A DNA stretch of 64,000 nt from Eledone cirrhosa (Eukaryota). Position 1 is the stretch's first letter; each line of letters opens with the position of its first letter. Shown one piece after another: positions 60,647 to 64,000 of the stretch. The notes beneath the pieces were generated by a model that had not been told where the DNA came from, made no database searches, and saw nothing but the letters and a program-made list of their open reading frames with translations. The stretch spans positions 118,234,001-118,298,000 of the forward strand of contig OZ024741.1 in assembly GCA_964016885.1 (NCBI GenBank), written 5' to 3'. The position numbers were made by a program, and so were the translations under genes.

Positions 60647-61401
60647 TCATCATCATCGTTTAACGTCTATCTTCCACGCTAGCATGGGTTTAGATGGGAA
60701 TTGTCCCACTTGAGGCAAGATTGGTCGGGTGACATTGTCTCGCTCGTATAGGACTGTCTGGCAGGTTTTCTACGGCTGGATGCCCTTCCTAACATTTACA
60801 GTGTAGACTGGGAGGTTTTTACCATGTTACCTACACGGCCACATTACAGCATGGACTGTGTTTTTTTGTCGTGACACCTACACAACCTCATTTATTTTGG
60901 ACTGGATGTTGTGGTGCCAGCATAACTTTACAGAGAAAGGGTGGTGTTGGTGGGAGGGTGGAGTAGGAGTAGTGAGATGGGGGTGTATATTTGGTTAAGA
61001 GGTGCCTACTGACTAGGTTTCGCTATGTACATAGGCAAATCATTCCAGGTTTTTCTAGGTCTACCTACTCCGTAACTTCCATCAATTTTGATCGCCCTGC
61101 ACTTTTTTATACAGCTGTCATCTTTCATGCGTATCACGTGACCATACCAACGTAGTCTTCTCTCGAGTAAACAGCATCTGATCCCTCTTATTCCTAATTT
61201 CTCACTTAGTTCATTTATGCTTTGCTGTTCATGTATATTACTATTACACATCCAGCGGAGCATGCATGTTTCGTTCCTCTTCAGTCTGCGCAGGTCCTCT
61301 GCATACACTGCCCATGTCTAACTGCCATATAACATTGCTGTTCCTATACAGGCATCATACAATCTGCCTTTCATTTTTAGAGAGAAACCTTTAGTGGCCA
61401 A
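60647..61401 (-). mobile_element. RTE LINE family C, 3' part
   Basis: ORF 61006-61308 and the UTR match 52032-53163. Confidence 0.92.
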
Positions 61402-61471
61402 ATATATATATATATATATATAAATAAAATAACAGGAGGCTGGACTGGCGTAAATCCTTGAAAGGTGTATT

Positions 61472-61523
61472 ATACTATGATCATTTCAATGTTCCATATG
61501 AATCTGGTGATATCATCAGGTAT
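61472..61523 (-). ncRNA. Type I hammerhead motif (6-nt deletion in stem II)
   Basis: Inverted copy of 62679-62736. Confidence 0.6.
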
Positions 61524-62678
61524 TGGAATATAACAAAGGAATATGTAAAAAACCATGGGTCCGAAAAAATCAGAGACAAAGAGGACGACTGACCAGCTAG
61601 CCGCCTTCACCTCGGCCAGTCGCCCTCAAAGTGATGGCAACTCAATCTACTAATGACCATCTGGTGAGAGGGCAAAGGCTTATAATGCACTACCACCTCT
61701 CCGTCAAAGAAAAAGGAGAAGAAAGAAGTCAGCGTAAGGGTCACACTAGTCATGCTAGAAAACGCCGCGAAAAATGCTACTCCAAAGAATCTATATTTAA
61801 CAAAGTGGGTGTCTGTATGGTCTAATGTGTGAACCGAAAAATTGGAATGTTAAACTTATGTTACGACTTATAGGATGAAATTAAATTAAAAAATATTAAA
61901 TTGCAAAATGATAAATTGAAAAATAAATTATTAAAAAATTAAAGGTTAAGGTAGCGAGATTTATTTAATGAACTTACAGAGAGAGTCTTATATGAAAAAA
62001 TTAATCTCGATAAGATATAAGGATGGGATATAGAGTAAAGATTTTGATTGTGAATCCCAGCCAGCACCTCCTAACCATGAGTCAGCCAGTTTCGAATAGT
62101 ATTGTCCAGCGAAAGAAATGGAAATTAATTTTTCCGAGTACTCTAGCTACCTTAGGCCCCGGGAGTGCTAGCGGGAAGTCCACAATTTCGACAAGCCATC
62201 GTCTATACCAACGAATATTATTAATTCACACATGAGGGGTTTATTTACATGCCAGTAGAGGCATGATACAGCTAACAGTTATGCCTAAACCTGGAGTTTA
62301 TAAGTATATGGCAGTCAAAACAGGCAGCACGGTGGGACCGGGGCAAAGCAAATCGCTCCGAGTAATTTCGTTTATTGAAAGAGGGGAAATTTATTTTTCC
62401 AAGCACTCAAGGAAGGCTGAACTTTCCGAGTGCCCAGCGCGCAGCTGGGAAAAGCCACCCATAAGTCGAAGGTAACAACCCAATTTTTTCTTTTTTTTTT
62501 CTTCTTTCTTCCTCTTTTTTTTTGACGGAGAGGTGGTAGTGTATTATAAGCCTTCGCCCTCTCACCAGATGGTCATTAGTAGATTGAGTTGCCATCACTT
62601 TGGTCAGTTGTCCTCTTTGTCTCTGTCTCTGATTTTTTCGGACCCATGGTTTTTTACATATTCCTTTGTTATATTCCA

Positions 62679-62736
62679 ATACCTGATGATATCACCAGAT
62701 TGATATGGAACCCGGTCATTGAAATGATCATAGTAT
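62679..62736 (+). ncRNA. Type I hammerhead with palindromic stem III
   Basis: atac CTGATGA t-atcaccag...ccggtcat-t GAA ATGATCAT A gtat. Confidence 0.75.
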
Positions 62737-62949
62737 AATAAACCTTTCAAGGATTTACACCAGTCTAGCCTCCTGTTATTTTATTTATAATTAACTCCGT
62801 ATTCACACCACCAACTACACAAACGAAGACAGGTAAACTGCACTACGTTGAGTACTCTCCACAATATTACACCAAGATTGACCATACGGAATGACCAATT
62901 CTATCCAGTGGTGAACCAACAAACCTAAAGAAATATATATATATATATA

Positions 62950-63023
62950 CTGGGTGTCCCCTAAAAATGTATACTCACTTCAACAGCATTCTAATATGTG
63001 TATACATTTTCTGGGACACCCTG
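62950..63023. mobile_element. Tc1/mariner-type MITE
   Basis: TA|CTGGGTGTCCCCTAAAAATGTATAC ... GTATACATTTTCTGGGACACCCTG|TA. Confidence 0.75.
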
Positions 63024-63564
63024 TATATATGCGCGTGTGTAGTGGAGGCCCCTTATTATGATCACTTTGAGGTGAAGCTTTTTCTATAACAATAGGAAGG
63101 CCATCCAACCAGTGTATCGATGCCAAAACGATTATCAGCACAGCAACAAGTAGATAGGAACAACAAAATATGATGATGATGATGATGAATAACCTTATGC
63201 AAATAGTGTTTGGGACCTAGTGATTTTGATAACAATCTGTTGATATCATGCTGTTGATATCATGCTGTTGATATCATGCTTGTTTATCTGCTCTCACTAT
63301 ATGTGTGTGTTCTCTTGTGCAAAACAAAACTTTAGTTTTTGAAGGAACAGTGTAAGCTAAGCGAAAAGGTCCACAACTAGAAATTGAAATCAGGTCACAC
63401 GCACCCTTTGACAAGAAGTTTTTAATTAGCTCTTATTCATGAATACATGTATATACATATAAAGAAGTTACACTGCTACCATCATATGTTGAAATGTGCA
63501 TTGATTTCATAAACAAACATTACCCATTTTAAGTCATATGTATGTATTGATTATGTATGTCTGC

Positions 63565-63990
63565 TATGCCATAATAAAAAGCACTCAGTTCATATTGTAA
63601 GGTGGTAGTGCAGGTTCCAAAACAAAAAGCACCTAGTCCACCCTGTTAAATGGTAGTAATGGTGCCATGACAAGAAGCACCTAGTCAAATTTGTAAGGTG
63701 GTAATGCTTGTGCCACAACAAAAAGCTACTAATCCACTCTGGTGCATGTGCTAATGTCATAATAGTCACCCTATCCACCCTGTAAGGGGGTCATACTGGT
63801 TCCACAATAAAAAGCACCCAGTTCACTTTGTAAGGAGATAGTGCTAATGCCACAATAAAAATCCCCCAGTCCACCCTGTAAGGTAGCCATACTCGTGCCA
63901 TGATAAAACACATCAAATTAACTGGTTCCATGACCCCCCCCCCCCCCCAAAAAAAAACCCCATCCAGTTCTCACTATAAGGTTGTAAGCC
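63565..63990. repeat. Degenerate ~48-bp tandem array related to the RTE 3'UTR subunit
   Basis: AAAAAGCACCCAGTCCACCCTGTAAGGTGGT-like units. Confidence 0.75.
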
Positions 63991-64000
63991 AGAAGTACAA

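Larger units (their letters stand above)
61419..62932. mobile_element. PLE-like element with ~290-bp inverted pLTRs and an apparently non-coding interior
   Basis: 61419-61717 is inverted at 62500-62790; both copies carry an HHR; (TA)n flanks. Confidence 0.75.

Overview
AT-rich eukaryotic DNA, most likely from an octopod cephalopod. This is inferred from the RTE LINEs with (GAT)n tails, the tRNA-derived SINEs and the long (TA)n arrays. The only host gene I can support is the 3' end of a TBC1D24/skywalker-like gene: three + strand exons encoding the TLDc domain (3974-10243). The rest is mobile DNA: at least three RTE LINE families, SINEs, piggyBac, Tc1, Mutator and hAT non-autonomous elements, Helitrons, a CRE-like LINE end, and two nearly complete Penelope-like retroelements (PLEs). 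One PLE is Naiad-type on + (30169-33747), the other Neptune-type on - (33815-36988), and they lie tail-to-tail. The most striking signal is not in the ORF track. Folding by eye gives about 20 complete and 3 partial type I hammerhead-ribozyme (HHR) motifs from about 13 unrelated sequence families. Fourteen complete motifs are packed into the (TA)n-rich nest at 23.9-39.4 kb. They include compensatory variants of the 3:8 core pair (U3:A8 three times, G3:C8 once) and a recurrent U.U at the base of stem II. Two non-coding partial tandems (485-nt and 611-nt units) look like retrozymes or circular-RNA templates. All ribozyme calls are manual folds, and cleavage activity is untested.
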